Below the pieces are notes generated by a model that worked only from the letters and a program-made list of their open reading frames with translations, made no database searches and was not told the origin of the DNA. A stretch of DNA of 64,000 nucleotides from a virus: IMG/VR virus record IMGVR_UViG_3300022074_000025, positions 6,490-70,489 of that record; one strand, given 5' to 3'. Positions 48,736 through 59,288 of this stretch are shown piece by piece (the first letter of the stretch is position 1; every line of letters starts with the position of its first letter). The position numbers and the translations under genes were made by a program.

Positions 48736-48751
48736 CTACTAGGAGAATACA

Positions 48752-49351
48752 ATGAACACTAATTTTGCTGATCGTACCTTAGCATTCGTCGATGGACATG
48801 TGCTAATACGAGATTACGATACAAATGAAGTTCTACTAGACAAACACAATGCAATTAACTATGAAAACTTTAGTGTTGCTATTGCTAGTCTATTAAGTGG
48901 AACAACTGTTTCCGGTCAAGGATTCCAAGTTGTACAAATGAAATTTGGCAACGGTGGAACCGTTATTGACGCAGTAGGAAACGTTGAATACAGATCCACA
49001 AACACAGACACCAAACTAGGTGATCTATATAACCAAACATATACAAAGATTGTTGATGTGGACGATCCGGCTAACACAGATACCACAAATAATAAAGTGG
49101 AGATCCAGCCTTATGACGGACAACCATATTCGGATGTTGTTGTTACTGCTACTCTAGATTATGCGGAGCCAGCAGGCCAAGAGACAACAGACAATACAAC
49201 ATCAATGAACGGAAACTTTACCTTTGATGAAGTAGCCCTGCAGACAGCGGCTGATACAAGGTTAAGTCACATCTGTTTCCACCCTATTGAAAAGAGTGCA
49301 AACAGAAAGATCCAAGTGATCTATACAATTAGAATACAGGCAGGGAGTTAA
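48752..49351 (+). CDS. Baseplate/tail-fibre attachment-like structural protein, 199 aa
   Basis: MKFGNGG, LDYAEP, FDEVAL and FHPIEKSANR.IQVIYTIRI motifs. Confidence 0.6.
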   Translation: MNTNFADRTLAFVDGHVLIRDYDTNEVLLDKHNAINYENFSVAIASLLSGTTVSGQGFQVVQMKFGNGGTVIDAVGNVEYRSTNTDTKLGDLYNQTYTKIVDVDDPANTDTTNNKVEIQPYDGQPYSDVVVTATLDYAEPAGQETTDNTTSMNGNFTFDEVALQTAADTRLSHICFHPIEKSANRKIQVIYTIRIQAGS

Positions 49352-49353
49352 AA

Positions 49354-50265
49354 ATGGCTTATACAGTTGATTATTCTGACGGCACAAAAACTGCCATTAC
49401 AGTCAATGACGGAACACTTAATATTGAAACTAGCCTAAGTTTAGTAGGTAAAAACTACTACGGCTATGGTGAAGTTATTGCTGAAAACCTATTACATCTA
49501 TTAGAACATTTTGCTGGCGGTACTGCACCAAGTAATCCTTCAGAAGGACAAATTTGGTTTGACAATACAGCCGCAGATAAAGAAATGAAATACTATGATG
49601 GTGCAAACTGGGTTAGCATGGGAGGTGGTAGCGAGCTACATACCATTCAAGATAACCTAGGTAATGATAAGCAAGTTATTATCATGAAAGCAGGTGGAAG
49701 TATTATTGCAGTAATTAGTTCACATGAACCATTTACAGTTAGCACAACTCATACTCCATCAGCGGCGGTACAGGCAATATTTACTACAATTAGTAAAGGT
49801 TACAACCTAAACCCAACTACAGGCACAGGTACAGATTTCTTTTATCACGGTACAGCAACCAGAGCGTTATACGCTGACTTAGCAGAACTTTATTCAAGCG
49901 ATCAGGAATATGATCCAGGTACAGTTCTTATGATAGGTGGTGAAGCAGAAGTCACACAAACAACAGAAGCATTTAGCTCTGAGGTTTTCGGTATTGTATC
50001 TTCAAATCCAGCGTACTTAATGAATAGTGCAATGGAAGGTACAACAGTGGCGGTTGCATTAGAAGGTCGTGTACCTTGTAAAGTAATTGGTCCAGTACGT
50101 AAAGGTCAAAGACTTGTAAGCAGTGAAGAACCAGGAACTGCTCGAGCAGTCTCAGATTACGAGAAGCAAGAAGCACTCGATTGGTATCGCATTGTCGGCA
50201 GAGCGTTAGCAGACAAGGACAGCGAAGGCATAGAATTAATTGAAGTCGTAGTAGGAACAAAATAA
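49354..50265 (+). CDS. Short fibre-like protein with a C-terminal peptidase-G2-like intramolecular chaperone domain
   Basis: GKNYYGYGE..AENLLHLLEHFA...P.EGQIWFD; YADLAELY..D..Y.PGTV..IGG..EV...VALEGRVPCKV.G. Confidence 0.7.
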   Translation: MAYTVDYSDGTKTAITVNDGTLNIETSLSLVGKNYYGYGEVIAENLLHLLEHFAGGTAPSNPSEGQIWFDNTAADKEMKYYDGANWVSMGGGSELHTIQDNLGNDKQVIIMKAGGSIIAVISSHEPFTVSTTHTPSAAVQAIFTTISKGYNLNPTTGTGTDFFYHGTATRALYADLAELYSSDQEYDPGTVLMIGGEAEVTQTTEAFSSEVFGIVSSNPAYLMNSAMEGTTVAVALEGRVPCKVIGPVRKGQRLVSSEEPGTARAVSDYEKQEALDWYRIVGRALADKDSEGIELIEVVVGTK

Positions 50266-51383
50266 TGCCTCGTAATGTTGGTGACACAATTACCGCAGTT
50301 TCATTTAACACGGTCGTAGATCGTTGGAATGTACTGTGGCAAGATCCAAAAGACAGTAATGGTGATCCAATAGCCTACACCTATGATATTAGCTTACACA
50401 AAAGTGAAGTATTAAGAAGGTTAGGTTGGGGACAACCATCAAATAATATGACAGTGACAGCCAACACACTTATTGAAGCGAAGCATTATAACCTACTAGC
50501 GGCTCACGTTAATAGTGGCGAATACCATAGAGAAGATTCCTCTATGACAATTAATAACTACGTAACACAAAACGTTGACGTAGTACTAGCAAGTGATATG
50601 AATCCATTAGAAGCAGTAATGACATCCTATGAAAACACTGATGCAAAGTTTGATCTTGGTGCAACAGGAGAGTTAATTGAAACACATGCACACTCCAACG
50701 GTGGCGTAGCATGGGGTACAAATGATGCGGCCAGTGCCCTTACAAGAGGTACATTAACTACAATACAAAAGTACACATGGACAGACTACAATGACGCTAG
50801 ACACTTCTTTAATAGTGGTGGCCAAATTATAATTGATTTAGAAGCCATAGGCGGATCCTTTGGACATAATGAATGGGATTATATATTTGACCAAATAGAT
50901 ACCATATACGTTGGTGCCAAACAAACTACAAAAGGTGGCGCAAACGGAACAGGAATAAAAAGTTTTTATGAATTTGATGACACCTACCAACAAATCTTTA
51001 ACGCACAAGGATTTGATACTGGTGATTTAGGAGCATACGCAGGACAATATACGTATTCTGGTGTGTATGTATCTGGAGAAGGTTACGCACAGTATGGTGG
51101 TAGAGAAGTAACCGTATATGCAAAAATAGGTATGGACGGTACAAATTTTTGCTTGTGGCTCAAGACAGAACTTACAGAAGACGCTGATGATGTTGCACAA
51201 GTAGATGCAAACATTACTCTTAACACTGGTTATAGAGTAGCACAAGATGCACCTGATACAGGTTGGTTAGGTTCTAGTAATGGTTCAGTACACAAAGTTG
51301 ATGGTACAGCATACATATTTCAAACTAGAATTGCAAAGGTTCCAACAATAATTACAGAACAAAATTGGACACCTAACCCATAA
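50265..51383 (+). CDS. Virion structural protein, 372 aa
   Basis: GWGQ and ARHFFNSGGQI motifs; last gene of the tail operon. Confidence 0.6.
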   Translation: MPRNVGDTITAVSFNTVVDRWNVLWQDPKDSNGDPIAYTYDISLHKSEVLRRLGWGQPSNNMTVTANTLIEAKHYNLLAAHVNSGEYHREDSSMTINNYVTQNVDVVLASDMNPLEAVMTSYENTDAKFDLGATGELIETHAHSNGGVAWGTNDAASALTRGTLTTIQKYTWTDYNDARHFFNSGGQIIIDLEAIGGSFGHNEWDYIFDQIDTIYVGAKQTTKGGANGTGIKSFYEFDDTYQQIFNAQGFDTGDLGAYAGQYTYSGVYVSGEGYAQYGGREVTVYAKIGMDGTNFCLWLKTELTEDADDVAQVDANITLNTGYRVAQDAPDTGWLGSSNGSVHKVDGTAYIFQTRIAKVPTIITEQNWTPNP

Positions 51384-51390
51384 TTAGTGC

Positions 51391-51419
51391 TTGACATCCT
51401 TAATAAATACATATATAAT
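51391..51419 (+). promoter_or_regulatory. Perfect sigma70 promoter with a nested late-promoter motif
   Basis: TTGACA-N17-TATAAT, with ATAAATA at 51403-51409 inside the spacer. Confidence 0.85.
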
Positions 51420-51442
51420 TACTAAACTATAGGAGTAAACAG

Positions 51443-51790
51443 ATGGACGAACGTCTACAGAAAGCTCTGGAGTTCTCGAACTACAATCTTACTTTCACAA
51501 ATCAAAAACAAAATATTAGGAATAGAGTAAACCAACTAAAACTTGTACACACAAATGGTGGTAGTTTTAGTTCTGAACCTAGTCTAATAAGTTTTGTAAA
51601 GACATTACTGGATATTGGTAAAACTGAAGCAGTAATAATTGATAGTAAAGACAACCCAGTTGAAATTAAAAACCTACAAGGATTCTTTGACGACCTTATT
51701 AGTGCATACACAAGTGCAACTAATGAATATGATGTTGAATACAATAAACTAAAAAAGATGAGAAGCATCAAGAAAATTATGGATTGGTAA
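51443..51790 (+). CDS. Hypothetical protein, 115 aa
   Basis: AGGAG SD; MDERLQKALEFSNY N-terminus. Confidence 0.75.
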   Translation: MDERLQKALEFSNYNLTFTNQKQNIRNRVNQLKLVHTNGGSFSSEPSLISFVKTLLDIGKTEAVIIDSKDNPVEIKNLQGFFDDLISAYTSATNEYDVEYNKLKKMRSIKKIMDW

Positions 51791-52675
51791 ATGGAGTATA
51801 GTGCAAAGCGTGGCGTTTGCATGTTTGCCTATAATAATGAACAACTTGATTATGGATATTTTAGTTTACTAGCGGCAAAACAAGCAAAGAAACATTTAGA
51901 CGTACCAGTATGTCTAATAACAGATGAAGGAACATGGGCTTACCTAACACAAAGCCATGGACAAGATCTTGTTGACAAATACATAGATGAAGTTGTAATT
52001 ACACAAGAAGAACAAGTTAATAATAAACGTAAACATTACGACAGTCCGTATGCAACCTTTGTTGCACAGTTCACAAACAATAACAAACATAAGATTTACG
52101 AGTATAGTCCCTATCATCAAACATTGTTAATTGATATTGACTATATGATTCGTACTGACTTTTTATCAAAGTTCTGGGAACACCCAGGACTCAATATGTT
52201 TAACACTTCACAAGACTTAAGAAATGGTAACATGCACCATCGTGAAAGGTTACTATATGATGCAGGTATCCCCATGTGGTGGAGTACTGTAATTATGTTT
52301 GATAGAAGTGAACTTACACAATTATTTTTTGATACATGGTCACATATAGCAGAGAACTATAGTTTTTATCAATACATTTATAATTTTCCAGGAACTTTAT
52401 TTAGAACAGACTATTGCGTTAGTATAGCAGTTCATATTCTAAATGGAATGGTTGAAGGAGATACAATTGGTAACTTTGGTGGGATACCTATTGTGAATAT
52501 GTTACAACAGGATGATTTAGTTGAAGTTAGAGAAACTGAATGGATCTTTCTTGTAAACAACAGGAGAGAAGAATGGAAAAATATTTTAAGCAATGTAAAA
52601 GATATTGATATACACTGTATGAATAAACGAGCGTTAAGTAGAAATGCTGGTGATATTTTAAAGGAGCATTCTTAA
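51791..52675 (+). CDS. Glycosyltransferase-like protein (GT-A fold)
   Basis: SPYHQTLLIDIDY (DxD), WSTVIMF, FRTDY. Confidence 0.6.
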   Translation: MEYSAKRGVCMFAYNNEQLDYGYFSLLAAKQAKKHLDVPVCLITDEGTWAYLTQSHGQDLVDKYIDEVVITQEEQVNNKRKHYDSPYATFVAQFTNNNKHKIYEYSPYHQTLLIDIDYMIRTDFLSKFWEHPGLNMFNTSQDLRNGNMHHRERLLYDAGIPMWWSTVIMFDRSELTQLFFDTWSHIAENYSFYQYIYNFPGTLFRTDYCVSIAVHILNGMVEGDTIGNFGGIPIVNMLQQDDLVEVRETEWIFLVNNRREEWKNILSNVKDIDIHCMNKRALSRNAGDILKEHS

Positions 52676-53523
52676 TGAGCCAGGGTTATTTAATCCAAGC
52701 ACAAACAGAAGATGAACGCAAACAAGCCGTTGCATTAGGATTCAGTATTAAGACTAATAACCCTGAAGCAAGTGTGTCACTTGTTTGTGGTAACTTAGAT
52801 GATATTGAAACTTGGCATGAAGAGCCATTTGATAATATTGTTGAGTATCCTTTTGCTAATAAAATTAACCCAAGAATAAATGATTGGCAGTCTTGGTGGG
52901 TAACACCATATGAAGAAACTATTGTAATGGATTGTGCATCTATTGTGAATAGTAATTTGGATACAGTATGGGATTATCTATCAGCTAATTATGAGATATG
53001 CTTTCCAGGCATGATAAAAGATTTTAGACATTTACTTGTAGATTCAGATAGAAGACATGAATGGTTAGATGAATATAAACTTATGCCTGTATACAGTGCT
53101 TGGTTTTATTTTAAGAAAACAGATGCATCAATGGATTACTTTAAACTTGCTGATCCATATATGCAAAACTACCATGAACTGTTTAAGCACAAGTTTTTGC
53201 CACAGCACCTGCCAGATAATTATAGTTCAGATGTTATGCACGGAATTATTATTAATGATATGGCATTAGAGAATGTTACAGACGATATGCTATTTTATAT
53301 TGATATGGACATTGCTAACACATATTACAAACAAAGAGCAGAAAAATGGACAGACTATTTAAACGTTTGGGTAAGAGAAGGTGGCACAGTAAAAATACAA
53401 AACTATGCAACCACTGGTATACTTTACTATAAAGAGCCTGACTTTCTAACAGAAGATATATTTAATGGACAACGAGACAGTTACAGATTACAATCCAAGT
53501 TATTACGTCAAGTTCAACAGTAA
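52675..53523 (+). CDS. Glycosyltransferase-like paralogue
   Basis: TPYEETIVMDC and YSAWFYFKK align with the preceding gene; the DxD motif is degenerate. Confidence 0.5.
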   Translation: MSQGYLIQAQTEDERKQAVALGFSIKTNNPEASVSLVCGNLDDIETWHEEPFDNIVEYPFANKINPRINDWQSWWVTPYEETIVMDCASIVNSNLDTVWDYLSANYEICFPGMIKDFRHLLVDSDRRHEWLDEYKLMPVYSAWFYFKKTDASMDYFKLADPYMQNYHELFKHKFLPQHLPDNYSSDVMHGIIINDMALENVTDDMLFYIDMDIANTYYKQRAEKWTDYLNVWVREGGTVKIQNYATTGILYYKEPDFLTEDIFNGQRDSYRLQSKLLRQVQQ

Positions 53524-54451
53524 TACAGGTAAAATATTACAGATGTCAATGACTCCTATTCCGGATGAGGAAGAGGAAGATATCATTGTGATAGAGACTT
53601 ATAATAGTATGGCTCGTGAAGTACTTAGTGGTAAACGTAGCCGCCGCACAATCGGTCCAGTATTTGATATTGAAAACCGTACATGGGATATAGGTGCAAA
53701 GAGTAATGTACTTATAATTAAAGAACTAAGCAGTCGTCTATTAGAAGTTACAAACGAAAAAGCAAATACAAACGTTGATATTGGAATACAATTATTTAAA
53801 GAAAACTTACAACTAGAAATTGTAGCAAACTATCATGTTATTAAAAAGAATATGAACCTAGCTGATATTGCTGATATAAGTAAGTCATCTGATAATAGTT
53901 TACTTAACCTTTACTTTACAAAGAAAGGTGATCCAGATTATCTTATAGAAAGTGTACAGGTTGATCCTATGATACTGTTACACAATAAAAAACTAAAGTA
54001 TAGTTTATCAAGTGATATTACAAAACATGCAGATTTAGATAACATAAGTATATTTACTAGACCGATTTTTCATAGCTATGGATTACAGGTACTTGACAGG
54101 CTTGTTGAGTCGGACTACTATATGAACAAACAACAAGTTTTACAGGTAGCAGGTACTTCTGATACCTGCCATGTTATGATAATGAATCATGGTGATACTG
54201 TAAAGATACAAAGTTTTGTAGTAGAAATGGATAACACCGCACCCCGTACTAAAAATGTAAGGTTTGTTGTGTGTGATGGAGAAATAGATGCTCCTGTTGG
54301 TTCGTTTCTTGTAAGCACACCTTCTTTGTATTCAGGTGAATCGTTTGAAGTAGATATAGATTTTAAATGGCCAAGACAGCCGCTTATTGTATACAGGTCA
54401 AAAGGACTTGTAGCAAATTATTTAGGAGACACATATGGCAGAACTAACTAG
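53465..54451 (+). CDS. Hypothetical protein, 328 aa
   Basis: Long ORF in the operon, overlapping both neighbours. Confidence 0.7.
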   Translation: MDNETVTDYNPSYYVKFNSNTGKILQMSMTPIPDEEEEDIIVIETYNSMAREVLSGKRSRRTIGPVFDIENRTWDIGAKSNVLIIKELSSRLLEVTNEKANTNVDIGIQLFKENLQLEIVANYHVIKKNMNLADIADISKSSDNSLLNLYFTKKGDPDYLIESVQVDPMILLHNKKLKYSLSSDITKHADLDNISIFTRPIFHSYGLQVLDRLVESDYYMNKQQVLQVAGTSDTCHVMIMNHGDTVKIQSFVVEMDNTAPRTKNVRFVVCDGEIDAPVGSFLVSTPSLYSGESFEVDIDFKWPRQPLIVYRSKGLVANYLGDTYGRTN

Positions 54452-55415
54452 CGTAAATGAATTTGATATAGTTTTTATATCGTTCGATGAGCCAAACGCA
54501 GACAATAACTATGCAGACCTTGTAGACAAATGTCCATGGGCAAAGCGAAGTCATGGTGTATTTGGATCAGATGCCGCACATAAGGCGGCGGCACAGATTG
54601 CAGACACAGATAGGTTTATAACTGTTGATGCAGATAATATTGTTGATCCAGAATTTTTTAACTGTGAACTAGACATGTCTAAGATTAGAGACATGGATGT
54701 GATTAGTTGGGCAGGAAAAAACGAAGTTAATGGACTTGTTTATGGCAACGGTGGAATTAAATGTTGGCCTAAGGATGTGGTAATGAGTATGCGTACACAT
54801 GAAGCGGCACCTGAAAATGATAAGCGAGCCCAGGTAGACTTTTGTTGGAATATACATTACGTACAAATGAATAACATCTACTGCCAAGTAATGAACAATG
54901 GATCGCCACTGCAAGCGTGGCGTGCAGGATTTAGAGAAGGTGTTAAAATGGGATTAGCAGACGGTGATGTTATACCACCAGAGAAGTTACATCTAATACA
55001 TGACAAAAACTTTAAACGATTACTTACTTGGATGAGTGTAGGAGAAGATGTTGTTAATGGACTATGGGCAGTGTACGGCGCTAGACTTGGTTGTCATATG
55101 ACTAACGTAACCAGAGAAGACTGGGATTGGAAAAATGTACGTGACTTCCGCTGGCTTACAAAGTTCTTTGAAGATGAATTGTTTCCACAGTTTGAAGGTG
55201 GTGATGAACTTTGTATTAACACAGGCATGCGTTGGGATAAAACGAAGCTGAAGGATAAGACTGTAGAATTGGGATATGATCTGCGTAAGCAACTACAACT
55301 TAAAATCGCAGACATGGGAGTAGAAGGCAGTGCCTTCTTTAAAGAAGTATATATTAATCCAAGTAGACTTGGAGCACAAGTTCGTGAAGATCAAGTGGAG
55401 GACACATTAGAATGA
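54435..55415 (+). CDS. Glycosyltransferase-like protein (GT-A, DxD)
   Basis: FISFDEPNA, FITVDADN, NGLVYGNGG and QAWRAGFREGVK motifs. Confidence 0.6.
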   Translation: MAELTSVNEFDIVFISFDEPNADNNYADLVDKCPWAKRSHGVFGSDAAHKAAAQIADTDRFITVDADNIVDPEFFNCELDMSKIRDMDVISWAGKNEVNGLVYGNGGIKCWPKDVVMSMRTHEAAPENDKRAQVDFCWNIHYVQMNNIYCQVMNNGSPLQAWRAGFREGVKMGLADGDVIPPEKLHLIHDKNFKRLLTWMSVGEDVVNGLWAVYGARLGCHMTNVTREDWDWKNVRDFRWLTKFFEDELFPQFEGGDELCINTGMRWDKTKLKDKTVELGYDLRKQLQLKIADMGVEGSAFFKEVYINPSRLGAQVREDQVEDTLE

Positions 55416-56074
55416 TTAAATTAGTAAGTTACAGTAAACCTAGTGAACACTTTCAAGCAGAAGGCTTGGATAATGTACAGGACCTTATTGCATTTTGTGC
55501 AAGGGTAAGCAACCCTAGCAATCAAATGAATAGTGAAACTAGCGAGAAACTTATTAAGTATCTAATTAAACATGCACACTGGTCGCCATTGGAAATGGTA
55601 AGTGCTTGTCTGGAGATCAACACAACTCGTGACATTGCACATCAAATTGTACGTCACCGTTCATTTGCTTTCCAAGAGTTTAGTCAACGTTATGCAGACC
55701 CAGCAGAATTTGGTAATCAGTTTGTAACACGTGAAGCACGACTACAGGATCTAAAGAACAGACAGAATAGCGTAGAGATTGATACTGAAAGTGATTTGCA
55801 TTACGAATGGCAAATGAAACAGGAATCAGTAATTGAAAAAGCCAAAGAAGTATATGAATGGGCTATTGCAAATGGTATTGCAAAGGAACAGGCTCGTGTT
55901 GTTCTACCAGAAGGCAACACAAAAACAAGATTGTATATGAATGGAACTTTGCGTAGCTGGATTCACTATATCGAACTTCGTGGTGCTAATGGTACACAGA
56001 AGGAACATATGGATATCGCACATGCATGTAGTAAAGTTATTGCAGAGATATTTCCACTTGCAAATGATTTATGA
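55412..56074 (+). CDS. thyX: Flavin-dependent thymidylate synthase
   Basis: HWSPLEM, QIVRHRSFAFQEFSQRY, AKEQARVVLP and TQKEH motifs. Confidence 0.95.
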   Translation: MIKLVSYSKPSEHFQAEGLDNVQDLIAFCARVSNPSNQMNSETSEKLIKYLIKHAHWSPLEMVSACLEINTTRDIAHQIVRHRSFAFQEFSQRYADPAEFGNQFVTREARLQDLKNRQNSVEIDTESDLHYEWQMKQESVIEKAKEVYEWAIANGIAKEQARVVLPEGNTKTRLYMNGTLRSWIHYIELRGANGTQKEHMDIAHACSKVIAEIFPLANDL

Positions 56075-57606
56075 CAAAAATAAACGACTTGCAGTGGGAA
56101 AAAACTTCCTGGGGCAATAGAAAACTTTCACCAAACAATATGAATCAAATGAAGGACCTTTTGGATAGCAAAGGTCCTGGATTCTGTCTGGCTAAGTGGA
56201 CACAAGTTACAATGCATTTGGGGACAGGACTTACACATAGTTGTCACCACCCTACTCCACATAGGATTCCATTAGAAGAATTAGAAAAGAATCCTGGTGC
56301 ATTGCACAATACCAAGCATAAAAAAGAACAACGTAGGCAAATGCTCTGTGGTGAAAGACCCAAAGAGTGTGATTACTGCTGGCGAGTTGAAGATGGTGAC
56401 ACTGGCAGTTTTAGTGATAGAATATATAAAAGCATTGATCCATATAGTTTTGATGACTATGATGAGATTGTAAAAGCAGATGGCAGTGAGAATATCTTTC
56501 CACGTTATGTGGAAGTAAGTTTTAGTAATGTGTGTAACTTTAAATGTGCATACTGTGGACCTAACTTCAGTAGTAAGTGGGTAGAAGAAATTAAGGAACA
56601 TGGTCCTTATAAACTAGACGAGATGCTTTTTAATGGTGGTAGTGATGTTGTATCACAAGTTAAGAACAAAGAAGACAATCCATATACAGATGCATTTTGG
56701 AAATGGTTCCCCAAAGCCAAAGACAACATGCACACATTTAGAATTACAGGTGGTGAGCCGTTACTAAGCAAGCACACATTTAAAGTTATAGATCAGTTAA
56801 TAGCAGAACCTAATCCTGAATTAGAGTTTGCAATTAACAGTAATGGTAATGTACCTGATAAGTTATGGAAAAAGTTTGTAGTAAAGATTAAAGAACTACA
56901 GGAAAAGAAATGTGTTAAGAACTTTACGTTATTCACAAGTGCTGAAGCAACTGGTAAACAATGTGAGTTTATTAGAGATGGAATGAACTGGAACCAGTTT
57001 AAAAATAATATTACATACTTCCTTGACAATACACCTGATACAAAAGTAACATTCATGAGTGCATTTAATTTATTAAGTGCTCCATCCTTTTTGGGATTCT
57101 TAAAATATGTGTTATCACTAAAACGTGAATACAATAGTTGCGACATGCAATATTGGGTAAAGGACGATACAGTAGTTGACTTAGGCAAGTTCTCATCTAT
57201 TACAAATCCACAAACAACCAGACCCACAAAGAAAAGTTTTAAAAGAGTATACATTGATATACCCTATGTACGTTCGCCAGAGTTTTTAGATGCACGTAAC
57301 CTAACAAAACAAGTAGTTGAAGATTACCTAGTACCCTGCTTGGACTTCATGGTTAGTAATTGTGTATACCCAGGTTGGAATGAGAACCTAGCGTTTGAGC
57401 CTGGTGAAATTGATAAACTTAAACGCATTGTACTTGATCTGGTTATTCATGTACGTTATGATGATAGTCTTACAGTAAAACAGAATAGAAAACGTTTTTA
57501 TCAGTTTGTAAATGAATACAAGTTACGTAGAGGATATGATTTTGAATCTGTATTCCCTGAGCTAAAAGAATACCTTGCTGTATGTAAGGAGTGTGCAGAT
57601 GCCTGA
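56071..57606 (+). CDS. Radical SAM protein with an N-terminal Cys-rich (SPASM/twitch-like) domain
   Basis: CNFKCAYC (CxxxCxxC) and ITGGEP; N-terminal FC...SCHH...ECDYCW. Confidence 0.88.
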   Translation: MTKINDLQWEKTSWGNRKLSPNNMNQMKDLLDSKGPGFCLAKWTQVTMHLGTGLTHSCHHPTPHRIPLEELEKNPGALHNTKHKKEQRRQMLCGERPKECDYCWRVEDGDTGSFSDRIYKSIDPYSFDDYDEIVKADGSENIFPRYVEVSFSNVCNFKCAYCGPNFSSKWVEEIKEHGPYKLDEMLFNGGSDVVSQVKNKEDNPYTDAFWKWFPKAKDNMHTFRITGGEPLLSKHTFKVIDQLIAEPNPELEFAINSNGNVPDKLWKKFVVKIKELQEKKCVKNFTLFTSAEATGKQCEFIRDGMNWNQFKNNITYFLDNTPDTKVTFMSAFNLLSAPSFLGFLKYVLSLKREYNSCDMQYWVKDDTVVDLGKFSSITNPQTTRPTKKSFKRVYIDIPYVRSPEFLDARNLTKQVVEDYLVPCLDFMVSNCVYPGWNENLAFEPGEIDKLKRIVLDLVIHVRYDDSLTVKQNRKRFYQFVNEYKLRRGYDFESVFPELKEYLAVCKECADA

Positions 57607-58489
57607 TAAAATTTTTATCTTTGGTGATAGTTTTATGTATGGTGAAGAGTCACACCAGCATGAGTTTGATGAGGCAGAGTTCCTAAAGGACGCAAGTGAT
57701 GCAGTGGGTACAAAGATTGAACTTGATCACCATGGCGTTCCAACAAAACCATTTACGGACACACAACGAGACAAATACATAAAATTTATTAATGGCTCTA
57801 TAAAACGTTCTAGTATCCATCCAAACTACTACAGCATGGGTGCAATACTAGCTCGCAAACTTAATTGTGAATACGATATGCAAGCAACAAGTGGTAACAG
57901 TAACAATGCCATTTACAAAACATTTATAGATTGTATACCAAAGATGACATCAGATTCTCTGGTGTTGTTTGGTTTATCAGTACCAAATAGAAAAACTTAT
58001 TATGAACAGTGGATAGATAGACATCCTGTAAACCACGTTACAAGTTGTTGGTCAGACGTAACAGCAGAACCAGGCTACGGTAAGTTTGAGGAACTTGATC
58101 TACTATATGGTGATGATGCAACTGCAAGAGTATTACAGACGTATAGTTTTGTTACTAGTGCAAAAAGTATTAGTCCATGTCCGGTACTGTTTATAGATCC
58201 ATTTCATAATTTTTGTGATAACAAATACCATCCAGATGTTCCTTGGAACTATGTAAGACGCTGGAGTGATCAATCACAAGAGGACTTAAAAACTTTTAAA
58301 CAAACTTATCCACACCCAGAACTTTTGTATTGGCTAGAAGAACAATTTAAAAGTCTATTTGTATATGGTATTAGTGAAGTATTTGAAGAAGTTACAGCAG
58401 ATGGTAACCCCATACAATGTATTAACGGACACTATAGTAAATACACATATGAAAGATATGTTGATAAGGTACTACTAAATGAAATATAA
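57599..58489 (+). CDS. SGNH/GDSL-hydrolase-like protein (start likely ATG 57599)
   Basis: FIFGDSF, SGNSN and C-terminal NGHY; AAGGAG SD upstream. Confidence 0.6.
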   Translation: MPDKIFIFGDSFMYGEESHQHEFDEAEFLKDASDAVGTKIELDHHGVPTKPFTDTQRDKYIKFINGSIKRSSIHPNYYSMGAILARKLNCEYDMQATSGNSNNAIYKTFIDCIPKMTSDSLVLFGLSVPNRKTYYEQWIDRHPVNHVTSCWSDVTAEPGYGKFEELDLLYGDDATARVLQTYSFVTSAKSISPCPVLFIDPFHNFCDNKYHPDVPWNYVRRWSDQSQEDLKTFKQTYPHPELLYWLEEQFKSLFVYGISEVFEEVTADGNPIQCINGHYSKYTYERYVDKVLLNEI

Positions 58490-59288
58490 AAAAGAACTAG
58501 ACTTTGACTTATATGATGTAACTGGTAGATCCTATGGTTTTACTAGTAATAATAACGAAGAAATTATTACAGAATTAAATCGCATACAGGATAAACACAA
58601 TTTTAAATTTAGAGTAATGTATAAGACTGTACAACAATGTGTTGATATATTTCAATGCTATTTTGTATCCAAAGAAGAATTTACAAATTATTGGTTACCC
58701 AAACAATTATCAGAACTATTTAATGTAGAAAGTTTTGATAGTAATGCAAACTATCTAATATCAAAGACAGGAAATTTTTTTATTAATTGGGTATATGATG
58801 TACACAGGCTTCATGCTGTAGAAGAGTTTGTAACTCCTGCACATGCACATTGGAGGCAAAGGTGGGATAATAAGTTTCATCCAGGTTATGGCAGATTAAG
58901 TCTTGTTGCCTTTGACAAAGGACATATGCCAATGCAAGTAGTATTAAGTGATTATTCAGACTGTTGGGAAAGATTACCTTTACTTACAGATGAACTAATC
59001 GCTAATCCAAACCTATACTATACTGGTGTACGTATGAGAACATTTGATCAACCCTATTGGGAAATACGTGAGCTAGATGAAGGATTTGGACATAGGTTTG
59101 AACTTCCAGGTTCTATAGAATGCAAATACGTAAATGGTGATTTCTTTATAAACGATAATCATATGTTTACAATAGACAATGATCGTGTAACAATTAGCGA
59201 ATATAAAGGTGAAATATTTAAATTTGAAAAGATGACAATGTATAAAAACCTAGAGGAGTTTAGACAGGGCAGAACACAGAGGTCCTAA
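58479..59288 (+). CDS. Hypothetical protein, 269 aa
   Basis: Operonic ORF; HPGYGR segment; no family recognised. Confidence 0.65.
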   Translation: MKYKKELDFDLYDVTGRSYGFTSNNNEEIITELNRIQDKHNFKFRVMYKTVQQCVDIFQCYFVSKEEFTNYWLPKQLSELFNVESFDSNANYLISKTGNFFINWVYDVHRLHAVEEFVTPAHAHWRQRWDNKFHPGYGRLSLVAFDKGHMPMQVVLSDYSDCWERLPLLTDELIANPNLYYTGVRMRTFDQPYWEIRELDEGFGHRFELPGSIECKYVNGDFFINDNHMFTIDNDRVTISEYKGEIFKFEKMTMYKNLEEFRQGRTQRS

